Positions 17,888 through 25,373 of a stretch of DNA of 28,922 nt are shown here, one piece after another (positions within the stretch are counted from its first letter, which is position 1; each line of letters begins with the position of its first letter). The translations under genes were made by a program, and so were the position numbers. Below the pieces are notes generated by a model that was not told the DNA's origin, searched no databases, and saw nothing but the letters and a program-made list of their open reading frames with translations. The DNA lies in the IMG/VR virus record IMGVR_UViG_3300032330_001540, positions 1 through 28,922 of that record. One strand, 5' to 3'. Source of the DNA: a virus. Its lineage: Duplodnaviria; Caudoviricetes.

Positions 17888-18453
17888 GATACCTACTGTT
17901 ACTGTTATTTGCAACCAGTGCCTGGGGCGCAGACAATACCATCACCATTGATCAAATTGGCAGCAACAACTCTTACACTGTGTCACAGGATGGTGTGGGA
18001 CACTCGGCCTCGGTCACAACAGGTCGTGTGAGTGATGTGGATTATCTCACACTTAGTATCACACAAGGCGGCACCGGTGCCAAGACTGCCACTGTGGAAG
18101 TCAAGAGTGGCATCAACAATGGCATCACCATCTCACAGGATGGTGCAGGCAATCACACAGCCAGCATACAAAATCTAGCAGGCAATGCCAACAACATCAC
18201 AATTTCACAAAGCGGTGCAGGCTCACACGAATTCAATGTGATCAACACCGCCGGTTCGACCAACAGTAACAACACCATCACTGGCACACAGAGTGGTGGT
18301 GTGGGTGCAGACAAGTGGTTCAATGTATGGCTCAATGGAGCCAACGGAGCCACTGTGAATGTTACCCAAACTTCAAGCACAGCCAATCAAGCCAGTATGA
18401 GTATCAGTTGCGGTGCAGGTACCTGCGGAACTTGGAGTTACACACGACAATAA
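17884..18453 (+). CDS. Second curlin-repeat secreted protein (possible nucleator)
   Basis: Signal peptide; NTITIDQIGSNN, NGITISQDGAGNH, NNITISQSGAGSH repeats; C-terminal Cys pair. Confidence 0.8.
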   Translation: MRYLLLLLFATSAWGADNTITIDQIGSNNSYTVSQDGVGHSASVTTGRVSDVDYLTLSITQGGTGAKTATVEVKSGINNGITISQDGAGNHTASIQNLAGNANNITISQSGAGSHEFNVINTAGSTNSNNTITGTQSGGVGADKWFNVWLNGANGATVNVTQTSSTANQASMSISCGAGTCGTWSYTRQ

Positions 18454-18471
18454 TAACAAAAGGAGAAGCCT

Positions 18472-18567
18472 ATGAGTTGGTTCAAACACACACCCCATAA
18501 TCGAGCACCATTACCACCCCAAAAGCCTCAGCCTCAACCCAGTCAAGAGCACTGGAAAAAAGAGTAG
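18472..18567 (+). CDS. Small proline-rich peptide, 31 aa (MSWFKHTPHNRAPLPPQKPQPQPSQEHWKKE)
   Basis: Hand-translated; AAGGAG SD at 18460-18465, 6 nt before the ATG. Confidence 0.6.
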   Translation: MSWFKHTPHNRAPLPPQKPQPQPSQEHWKKE

Positions 18568-18569
18568 GA

Positions 18570-18604
18570 ATGTAATATTGCTGTAACACAAATATGTTTA
18601 AATA
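18570..18604 (+). promoter_or_regulatory. Pho box followed by TAAATA upstream of pstS
   Basis: ATGTAAT-attg-CTGTAAC (18570-18587), 11-bp-period repeats resembling CTGTCAT-N4-CTGTCAY; TAAATA 18599-18604. Confidence 0.65.
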
Positions 18605-18626
18605 CTCCTGACAACAGGAGAATACA

Positions 18627-19634
18627 ATGAAGAAGATATTACTAGCAGCACTGATGCTGTGGATGGCTGTAGCAAACGCCGGTGACATTACCGGTGCAGG
18701 AGCAACCTTTCCTTATCCAATCTATGCCAAATGGGCCGAAAATTACAAAGCCCGTACTGGTACTGCACTGAACTACCAAAGCATAGGATCCTCAGGCGGC
18801 ATTCGCCAAATCCGTGCAGCCACAGTGGCCTTTGGTGCCACAGACGCACCCTTGACAGCAGATGAATTGGCCAAAGACGGCCTAATACAATTCCCCACAA
18901 TCTTGGGTGGAGTGGTGCCGGTGATCAATCTGGATGGCGTCAAGCCTGGTGAGATTCGTGTCACAGGAGAAGTGTTGGCTGACATTTTTCTAGGTACTAT
19001 AACCAAGTGGAATGATCAGCGTATTCAGGCCTTGAATATGAATATCAAACTGCCTGACTTGGCTATCACAGTGGCACATCGTGCAGATGGATCAGGCACA
19101 ACATTTATCTTCACCGACTACTTGAATGAAGTCAGTCCAGCCTGGGCCAAATCTGTAGGCAAAGGTGCTGCGGTAAAATGGCCTGCGGCATCATCGGTGG
19201 GCGGCAAAGGCAATGAAGGCGTGGCTGCCAATGTGACCAGAGTCAAAGGCGCCATTGGTTATGTGGAATACGCCTATGCCAAGAAGAATCGGATTACCCA
19301 TCTCAAACTGCAGAATCGTGCTGGCAACTATGTAGAACCAGATGATCCTACATTTGCAGCAGCAGCCTCGGGTGCTGACTGGTTTGCCACGCCTGGCCTG
19401 GGCATCAGCCTAGTAAATCAGCGGGGATCTAACGCTTGGCCCATCACTGGTGCCAGTTTTGTACTGATGCATCGTCAACCTCGAGACCTAGCCGACAGCA
19501 TACAAGTGCTCAAGTTTTTTGAATATGCCTTTAAAGAAGGCGGTGCCGCAGCCACAGAACTAGACTATGTACCTTTGCCACGGGCAGTCACAGATCGCAT
19601 ACAGAAGGAAGTTTGGACACAGATTAGGAAATAG
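18627..19634 (+). CDS. pstS: Phosphate ABC transporter substrate-binding protein PstS
   Basis: GAGATFPYP, NYQSIGSSGG, FGATDAPL, HRADGSGTT, GKGNEGV, IGYVEY, WPI. Confidence 0.97.
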   Translation: MKKILLAALMLWMAVANAGDITGAGATFPYPIYAKWAENYKARTGTALNYQSIGSSGGIRQIRAATVAFGATDAPLTADELAKDGLIQFPTILGGVVPVINLDGVKPGEIRVTGEVLADIFLGTITKWNDQRIQALNMNIKLPDLAITVAHRADGSGTTFIFTDYLNEVSPAWAKSVGKGAAVKWPAASSVGGKGNEGVAANVTRVKGAIGYVEYAYAKKNRITHLKLQNRAGNYVEPDDPTFAAAASGADWFATPGLGISLVNQRGSNAWPITGASFVLMHRQPRDLADSIQVLKFFEYAFKEGGAAATELDYVPLPRAVTDRIQKEVWTQIRK

Positions 19635-19636
19635 AA

Positions 19637-19852
19637 ATGGCCAAAAGCATACCCAACTACTTGGATGTGTTTGACAAGCGATTGCATCACATCCGAGATC
19701 GTTTAAAACATGAATTGGCCAAGCACAAAAAAGATCGTAGTAGACACACATTGAAAACTTTGCTAAAGGAGCATCGTAGTTTGAAGAAGTCAGTGCGTGA
19801 AGCCAAGGCGGATCACGACACTCGTTGCCCACACTGTGGAAAGAAAGTTTAA
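19637..19852 (+). CDS. Small basic coiled-coil protein with C-terminal CPHC motif
   Basis: ORF 2 bp after pstS; ends RCPHCGKKV. Confidence 0.65.
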   Translation: MAKSIPNYLDVFDKRLHHIRDRLKHELAKHKKDRSRHTLKTLLKEHRSLKKSVREAKADHDTRCPHCGKKV

Positions 19853-19857
19853 AACCG

Positions 19858-19895
19858 CGCACAACGATAGAGTGCGGCCGGACTTCGTAACCGGC
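19858..19895 (+). ncRNA. Candidate structured RNA: two abutting hairpins with complementary loops
   Basis: CGCAC-aacgataga-GTGCG then GCCGG-acttcgtaa-CCGGC; loops carry ACGA and TCGT. Confidence 0.5.
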
Positions 19896-19908
19896 ACCTA
19901 TAACTATA

Positions 19909-20694
19909 ATGAAAAAAACTTATCGTAGTATCTTTATATCAGATGTACATCTTGGTACTCGTGATTGCAAAGCCGAGCAGTTAAACAATTTTCTCAAACA
20001 CAACACCTGCGACACGCTGTATCTTGTAGGTGATATCATTGACGGTTGGAAGATTCAGCAAAACCGTTGGCGTTGGAAACAAAGTCACAGCAATGTGATT
20101 AGACGCATCTTGGGTCATGCCAAGCGTGGCACACGAGTGGTGTATGTGGTAGGCAACCATGATGAATTTCTAAGGCCTCTCTTGCCATACGGAATTGGCT
20201 TTGGTCAAGTAGAAGTTGCCAATCAAACCGAACACATAGGCATAGACGGGCGTCACTATCTTGTGGTGCATGGTGACTTGTTTGATGGCATCACACGCCT
20301 GGCGCCATGGTTGGCCATTTTGGGAGATCGTGCCTATGACTTTGTGCTCAAGCTCAATGGCCAGTTTAATTGGATACGACATAGATTTGGATTTGGTTAT
20401 TGGAGTTTGAGTAAGTATCTCAAACATCGTGTGAAAAAAGCCGTGGATTTTATGTTTCAGTTTGAACAAAACCTTGCTGCCTACTGCAGGAAGCGTGGAT
20501 TTGATGGTGTGATCTGCGGGCACATACATCATGCCGATATCAAAACAGTCAACGGTGTGGTGTACATGAATGATGGCGACTGGGTAGAGTCCTGCACTGC
20601 CTTGGTCGAGAAGTGGTCAGGTGAATTTGAAATAGTGAGTTGGACACAGGAGACAGATCATGTGGATGATGATATTGATGGCCGTACACATTAA
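19909..20694 (+). CDS. PlcP-like metallophosphoesterase (family often annotated UDP-2,3-diacylglucosamine hydrolase); putative phospholipase C
   Basis: FISDVHLG, LVGDIIDGW, GNHDE, HGDLFD, ICGHIH, YMNDGDWVESCTAL; upstream of a GT4. Confidence 0.85.
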   Translation: MKKTYRSIFISDVHLGTRDCKAEQLNNFLKHNTCDTLYLVGDIIDGWKIQQNRWRWKQSHSNVIRRILGHAKRGTRVVYVVGNHDEFLRPLLPYGIGFGQVEVANQTEHIGIDGRHYLVVHGDLFDGITRLAPWLAILGDRAYDFVLKLNGQFNWIRHRFGFGYWSLSKYLKHRVKKAVDFMFQFEQNLAAYCRKRGFDGVICGHIHHADIKTVNGVVYMNDGDWVESCTALVEKWSGEFEIVSWTQETDHVDDDIDGRTH

Positions 20695-20833
20695 TAATCC
20701 GGCAGATCAACCTGCCAGGATTGTGTTGGAATTCGATTCACAGCAGCAGTGTGAGCGAGTGCTGTCCACCCTAACTTATCAGGTCAGGTACAGCAGTTAC
20801 AAAGTCGAGGGTGTATGTCAAAAAAGATCCTGA
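20660..20833 (+). CDS. Hypothetical protein, 57 aa (MWMMILMAVH...FDSQQQCE...GVCQKRS)
   Basis: Hand-translated; CAGGAG SD at 20647-20652; fills the gap between the phosphoesterase and GT4 genes. Confidence 0.65.
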   Translation: MWMMILMAVHINNPADQPARIVLEFDSQQQCERVLSTLTYQVRYSSYKVEGVCQKRS

Positions 20834-21825
20834 TAATAACTGACAATGAAAAGGAGCAAATAAATGGAGTTGTTACAACTTTTTCCAATATTGAAATACA
20901 TGCTCTACAGTGTGGTCATACTGTTGATTACATTTGCCCTGGCAACTTTAAGCATTGCGGGGCACCAGGGTACCCGGAAGTCCAACTCTCATGGCCCTGG
21001 CGAATTGGTAGACTCATCCAAGAAAAACAACCAGACCACATCCACATAGCCACCGAAGGACCCATTGGCCTGTGGGGCAGGATAGCCTGTGACCGGCTGG
21101 GTTGGCGTTACAATACCAGCTACCACACGCGCTTCCCTGACTTCATGAAAGCCATATATGGCATACCTCCTACTTTGACCTATGCTTATTTGCGTTGGTT
21201 TCATAGGCACAGTGGTGTGGTCTTGACCACCACGCACACTATGGTGGAAGATCTCAGAGCACACGGATTCAAGGGCATAATCCGACCATGGACTCGCGGC
21301 GTGGATAGAACTGTGCTGTCTGCCACGGAACCACATTCGGACCCAGTTCCAGGACACCCTGTGCGTGTGTTGTATGTGGGGCGTGTGAGTCGAGAGAAAA
21401 ATCTTGATGCGCTGTGTGAACTTGAAGACCAGTACCAGATTGAAATTGTGGGAGACGGTCCTTACAGATCTCACTTGGAGAAACAGTACAAAAAAGTTAA
21501 ATTCTTGGGCTACCAAACCGGCTCAGACTTGGCCAACAGTTATGCTCGAGCAGATGTGTTTGCATTTCCCAGCCGTGCAGATACCTTTGGTATAGTGATG
21601 ATTGAAGCACTGTCCCTGGGTACGCCAGTGGCGGCCTATGCTGTGCCCGGACCCATAGACATAGTGGAACCTGGCGTGACCGGACATCTAAGCGAGAACC
21701 TAGCAGAAAGCATTAACATTGCTGCCCAGCTAGACAGACGGCGTGTTGAGCAAGCAAGCCAACGCTGGACTTGGCAGGAATGCTGGCGTATTTTTGAGGA
21801 GAATTTGGTTCCAGTCCGTGGATAA
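20815..21825 (+). CDS. GT4 glycosyltransferase, Agt-like (diacylglycerol glycosyltransferase family)
   Basis: QINGVVTT, HIHIATEGPIG, YHTRFP, YVGRVSREKN, FPSRADTFGIVMIEA. Confidence 0.88.
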   Translation: MSKKILIITDNEKEQINGVVTTFSNIEIHALQCGHTVDYICPGNFKHCGAPGYPEVQLSWPWRIGRLIQEKQPDHIHIATEGPIGLWGRIACDRLGWRYNTSYHTRFPDFMKAIYGIPPTLTYAYLRWFHRHSGVVLTTTHTMVEDLRAHGFKGIIRPWTRGVDRTVLSATEPHSDPVPGHPVRVLYVGRVSREKNLDALCELEDQYQIEIVGDGPYRSHLEKQYKKVKFLGYQTGSDLANSYARADVFAFPSRADTFGIVMIEALSLGTPVAAYAVPGPIDIVEPGVTGHLSENLAESINIAAQLDRRRVEQASQRWTWQECWRIFEENLVPVRG

Positions 21826-21833
21826 ATATATGC

Positions 21834-22112
21834 ATGGACTTCTTACGATTAGTTGCCGATGTTGGATTCCCCATTGCTGCTGCTCTTGCCGGCGGCTATT
21901 TTATTTTCCTTACACTCAAGTTCATTCTTGCTGGCGTTACCAGCAGTGTTAATGGTATCAAAGGCATTATCATGGCCCTGGACAATCGTGTAAAAACCAT
22001 GAATCATGATGTGGTACGCATTGATGTCACAGTGAGCAATGCCTTGGGACTCAAGCCCGATGTTGATCGTATTGCTCGAGCCGACGGCAAAAATGATGCG
22101 AGACGCGACTGA
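21834..22112 (+). CDS. Small single-TM coiled-coil protein (GFPI motif)
   Basis: VGFPIAAALAGGYFIF helix then amphipathic tail; paralog of 22371..22718. Confidence 0.75.
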   Translation: MDFLRLVADVGFPIAAALAGGYFIFLTLKFILAGVTSSVNGIKGIIMALDNRVKTMNHDVVRIDVTVSNALGLKPDVDRIARADGKNDARRD

Positions 22113-22297
22113 TGTTGTATGTGGACTACACTTGGGATCTGGATCAAAACTACATCATGCCTGATAGAGATTTGAATATCTCTGAACTGGGTTGGAAAGT
22201 GGGAGACTATTTTAGAATTGAAGAACTCAACGGTCGTACAGTTTTTATCAAAATGGATCCCTTGGTAAAGTTTGTGAAAGATGGCGAACATGGCTGA
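22112..22297 (+). CDS. Small hypothetical protein, weakly AbrB/MazE-like
   Basis: LGWKVGD..RIEE..G pattern; TGATG coupling. Confidence 0.55.
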   Translation: MLYVDYTWDLDQNYIMPDRDLNISELGWKVGDYFRIEELNGRTVFIKMDPLVKFVKDGEHG

Positions 22298-22370
22298 TAC
22301 ATTTTTGATTGTATCCTTGGTAGTAGCTGCGGCTGTGTTGGTTTATATTATTTTTGATTTGGATATGTAA
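22290..22370 (+). CDS. 26-aa single-TM peptide (MADTFLIVSLVVAAAVLVYIIFDLDM)
   Basis: Hand-translated; overlaps the previous stop and ends exactly before the next ATG. Confidence 0.55.
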   Translation: MADTFLIVSLVVAAAVLVYIIFDLDM

Positions 22371-22718
22371 ATGGGCGACATTGCTGACATGATCAACAAA
22401 TATGGTTTTCCCATCATTGCTGCCAGCGGAGTGGGGTATATCGTGTATTATGTGTGGGAGTGGGCCACCAAAGACATCAAACCTGTGCTTGGGGAAGCCA
22501 ATACTACATTGATCGCATTGATTGATCGTATTCGTATGTTGGACAATGACCTAATCAGACTGCAGCAAAAAGTCAATACCACTCTACATCTGCGTGGCAA
22601 AATCATTGAGTCCGAGCGTGTGATGGAAGCACACAAGGTTGATGTGGAAGCCGAGGCCAAGTTCAAAAAAGCCATTGAAAACGAAGATTCCAAAACTGCT
22701 GCTGCTGGCGAAAGCTAA
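22371..22718 (+). CDS. Small single-TM coiled-coil protein (GFPI motif)
   Basis: YGFPIIAASGVGYIVY helix; LIALIDRIRMLDNDLIRL. Confidence 0.75.
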   Translation: MGDIADMINKYGFPIIAASGVGYIVYYVWEWATKDIKPVLGEANTTLIALIDRIRMLDNDLIRLQQKVNTTLHLRGKIIESERVMEAHKVDVEAEAKFKKAIENEDSKTAAAGES

Positions 22719-22886
22719 CTACTTCTTTTCTTTTTCTCGAACCAATACTGTTCGACAAGTTTCCACTGGACCTTTTTTGGTCATTTTTTCTTCGCAGTCG
22801 CGTCTTACCTTGTAGGCGTCAGAAGCAGTTGATATTGTGATCCCTAGTGTAAATGCAACTGCAAGTTCAATTGCTGTCCTTTTCAT
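22719..22886 (-). CDS. Small membrane/secreted protein
   Basis: AGGAG SD before ATG 22886; N-terminal hydrophobic stretch and a Cys pair. Confidence 0.55.
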   Translation of the reverse strand: MKRTAIELAVAFTLGITISTASDAYKVRRDCEEKMTKKGPVETCRTVLVREKEKK

Positions 22887-23088
22887 AGGTGGATCTCCTC
22901 TGCATATCTTCATGCAATTTTTTTATAGCACTGGACCCAGTGCTTGTAAAGACGAATGGAAAAACTCCGTGTATGAAACAGGCCATACTGGCAGTGAATG
23001 TTCTAAGACCAAATCTCCAGGCAGCACAGAGATGTTCCGTATAGGTTTCGTTGATACTGTGAGGATGATCAGTAAATGGGTTGTTCAC
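22867..23088 (-). CDS. Small conserved protein (DUF6356-like)
   Basis: FTDHPHSINETYTEH...FIHGVFPFVFTSTGS; coupled to the cyclase stop. Confidence 0.75.
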   Translation of the reverse strand: MNNPFTDHPHSINETYTEHLCAAWRFGLRTFTASMACFIHGVFPFVFTSTGSSAIKKLHEDMQRRSTYEKDSN

Positions 23089-25145
23089 TTGGATGTTGCC
23101 CGATATACGCTATCCCAATCTGGGGGAAGATCAGCCTGCTTCATTTCTGCGCACCGTTCAATCCAGTGTTCATAGTAAGTGTCCATCAATCCCTCAAATC
23201 TGCCTTTTAAATCTTTACAGAACTTGATGGCCTGATCAAACCGTTGTTGGCGATACAGTTTTAACATGGCATAGTGCATTTGCGCATCTGATGCAGGCAC
23301 CGACACCGAACCTTTTGACCCCAGCACAGTGTAGATAGTGACGCCTTCTTTCTTGCCTTTGACAGCAATGGTATCCAGTTCAAGTACTGAATATTCATCC
23401 TTGACCAATTCTGCTGTTCTTGGTCCCAGCACAATGCGCACACCATAAGGCTTGCTTTGACCTTCCAAACGTGATGCGAGATTTACACCATCGCCCAAAC
23501 AAGTGTAATCAAACCGTTGGCTGCTGCCCATGTTACCCACAACCACGGTATCGGTGTTAATGCCGAGACCCATTCCAAAGGGTGGAACACCCTCAGCAGT
23601 GATTTCCCTGTTGAATTCATCCAAACTCCCCATCATTTCTAACGCTGTCTTTACTGCATGCTTGGCATGATCTGCATCATCCAAGGGCGCATTCCAAAAC
23701 GCCATCTGTGCATCGCCAATGTACTTGTCCAAGGTTCCCTCATTCTCAATGATCTTGGCAGTCATTGCAGTCATGTAACGATTCATTATCTTTGTAAGGC
23801 CTTGTACATCCCGGCCGTAATGTTCGCTGATGCTGGTGAAACCACGCACATCAGTAAACATGATTGATAGTTCTCTGCTGTCGCCACCAAGTTTAAGTAG
23901 TTCAGGATTCCGCTGTAGTCGCTCTACCATGGCTGGACTAAGATAAGTGCCAAACTGTTTCTTGATCTGTTGCTTCTGCAAGTACTCGCTCACAAACTTT
24001 GCTCCGTAAGCGTGTAATGATACTAGAACAATGGCACCAACAAAGGCAGTGACATCGACCAGATAAGCATAATAACTGTAACCCCACTGACTACCCGCCA
24101 CGCCCGCACCCACAAGTACAACAACCGATGCCAGACCCACATAGGTCCATCTGGTCAAAAATAACAGCAGCAAACCAGCCACAGCAATTGCCAACAACTC
24201 GCCACCATCGGCCCAGTCTGGGCGTTGTATGTTCACACCATTGACCATGGTGCCGATCACTGAGGCCTGTAGCTCTTGCGGCCACACAGCACCTCTACTG
24301 GTGGGCACAGGATTACCAATACCGGCTGCGCTCACACCTACTATAACAATGGCCCCATCAAAGTTCTGCGGCAATTTAACAGCACTTACTGACCGTGATT
24401 GCTGGCTCCAGTCAATCCACACACGACCCAGGTTGTCTGTGGCAATGGCACCAAACTTTGGTATGCGCATCCGATCTACGCCCAGTTCGCTGAGTTTGAT
24501 TTGAAAACTGGGATCGCCTGCTGCCACACGCAAGGTTTCTAGTGCCACGCTGGGGTACAAGTTCTCACCCACAGCAACCACAAGAGGAAGTCGTCGATTA
24601 ACACCATCAATCTCGGGCAAGGTATTGGTTATGCCCACACCTGCTGCATTTTTTTCCACAGCAGGCACATTGGCAATGATACCTGGATATTGTACTATGC
24701 GATCCGCATACTCAGAATTGATTATGCTCACACCAGGTTTACGGGCTGTATTTTTGTTTGAGGGTGCAGCAGTGTTGACCAAGACCACAGGATACTCTGC
24801 AAGAATAGCGGACAAGGTAGGATCACCACCCAGTCTGTCGGATTCAGGCATGAGCACATTGAACACCACCAGACCAGCACCACGCTGATATAGGTCACGA
24901 ATTAAGGCAGCATACACATCTCTTTTGAAAGGCCACTGTCCATGTCGGTTCAATGTGGCTTCATCAATGTTCACTGTGTAGATGTGGTTGACTGTGGGTG
25001 CTTTGCTGGTAATCAGTTGATCAAAGTAACGCAGTCTCACACTTTCTACAAAAGCAGGATCCCATGCCCGCAGTCCCAGCACCATAATCAAAGTGATGAT
25101 TGCTGTCCAGGAACTTAGCAGTATCTTAGTGAAAATCTTCATCAT
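23085..25145 (-). CDS. Membrane-bound CHASE2-domain class III adenylate cyclase
   Basis: VNIDE...GQWPFKR CHASE2 start, three TM helices, FTDVRGFT, DKYIGDA (Lys, ATP-specifying), DYTCLGDGVNLASRLE (Thr, class IIIb), VKGK; start 25145 or 25142 after GAGGT. Confidence 0.95.
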   Translation of the reverse strand: MMKIFTKILLSSWTAIITLIMVLGLRAWDPAFVESVRLRYFDQLITSKAPTVNHIYTVNIDEATLNRHGQWPFKRDVYAALIRDLYQRGAGLVVFNVLMPESDRLGGDPTLSAILAEYPVVLVNTAAPSNKNTARKPGVSIINSEYADRIVQYPGIIANVPAVEKNAAGVGITNTLPEIDGVNRRLPLVVAVGENLYPSVALETLRVAAGDPSFQIKLSELGVDRMRIPKFGAIATDNLGRVWIDWSQQSRSVSAVKLPQNFDGAIVIVGVSAAGIGNPVPTSRGAVWPQELQASVIGTMVNGVNIQRPDWADGGELLAIAVAGLLLLFLTRWTYVGLASVVVLVGAGVAGSQWGYSYYAYLVDVTAFVGAIVLVSLHAYGAKFVSEYLQKQQIKKQFGTYLSPAMVERLQRNPELLKLGGDSRELSIMFTDVRGFTSISEHYGRDVQGLTKIMNRYMTAMTAKIIENEGTLDKYIGDAQMAFWNAPLDDADHAKHAVKTALEMMGSLDEFNREITAEGVPPFGMGLGINTDTVVVGNMGSSQRFDYTCLGDGVNLASRLEGQSKPYGVRIVLGPRTAELVKDEYSVLELDTIAVKGKKEGVTIYTVLGSKGSVSVPASDAQMHYAMLKLYRQQRFDQAIKFCKDLKGRFEGLMDTYYEHWIERCAEMKQADLPPDWDSVYRATSK

Positions 25146-25359
25146 GATTACCTCGACTGGTTCCACCACTGGTTTGATCTGCAGAGAAATCTTTACAGCG
25201 ATTGATCTCAGGATTCTCTCCTGGTTGGCAAAATCTTTGCATGGGTGCAGGTGCAGGCATAGGTGAGTGCACCACTGGTTGATTGCTGCAACTGGTGATT
25301 ATCAATGAAGCAGCGATGGCCATTGTTATCCATACTGCAATGATGACCTTATAGAACAT
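25126..25359 (-). CDS. Small putative lipoprotein co-transcribed with the cyclase
   Basis: Hydrophobic N-terminus ending ITSC, Pro-rich linker, Cys pair; ATAAATA 4 nt before the ATG. Confidence 0.65.
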   Translation of the reverse strand: MFYKVIIAVWITMAIAASLIITSCSNQPVVHSPMPAPAPMQRFCQPGENPEINRCKDFSADQTSGGTSRGNHDEDFH

Positions 25360-25373
25360 CCAATATTTATGGA

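Noticed and set aside
15969-18453. Repetitive Ser/Thr/Gly/Asn codons as a CRISPR array or DNA tandem repeat
   Set aside because: Periodicity is at the protein level (curlin repeats); no identical nucleotide repeats with spacers
19909-20694. True LpxH of lipid A synthesis
   Set aside because: The GDWVES motif, GT4 neighbour and pstS context fit the PlcP-like subfamily better
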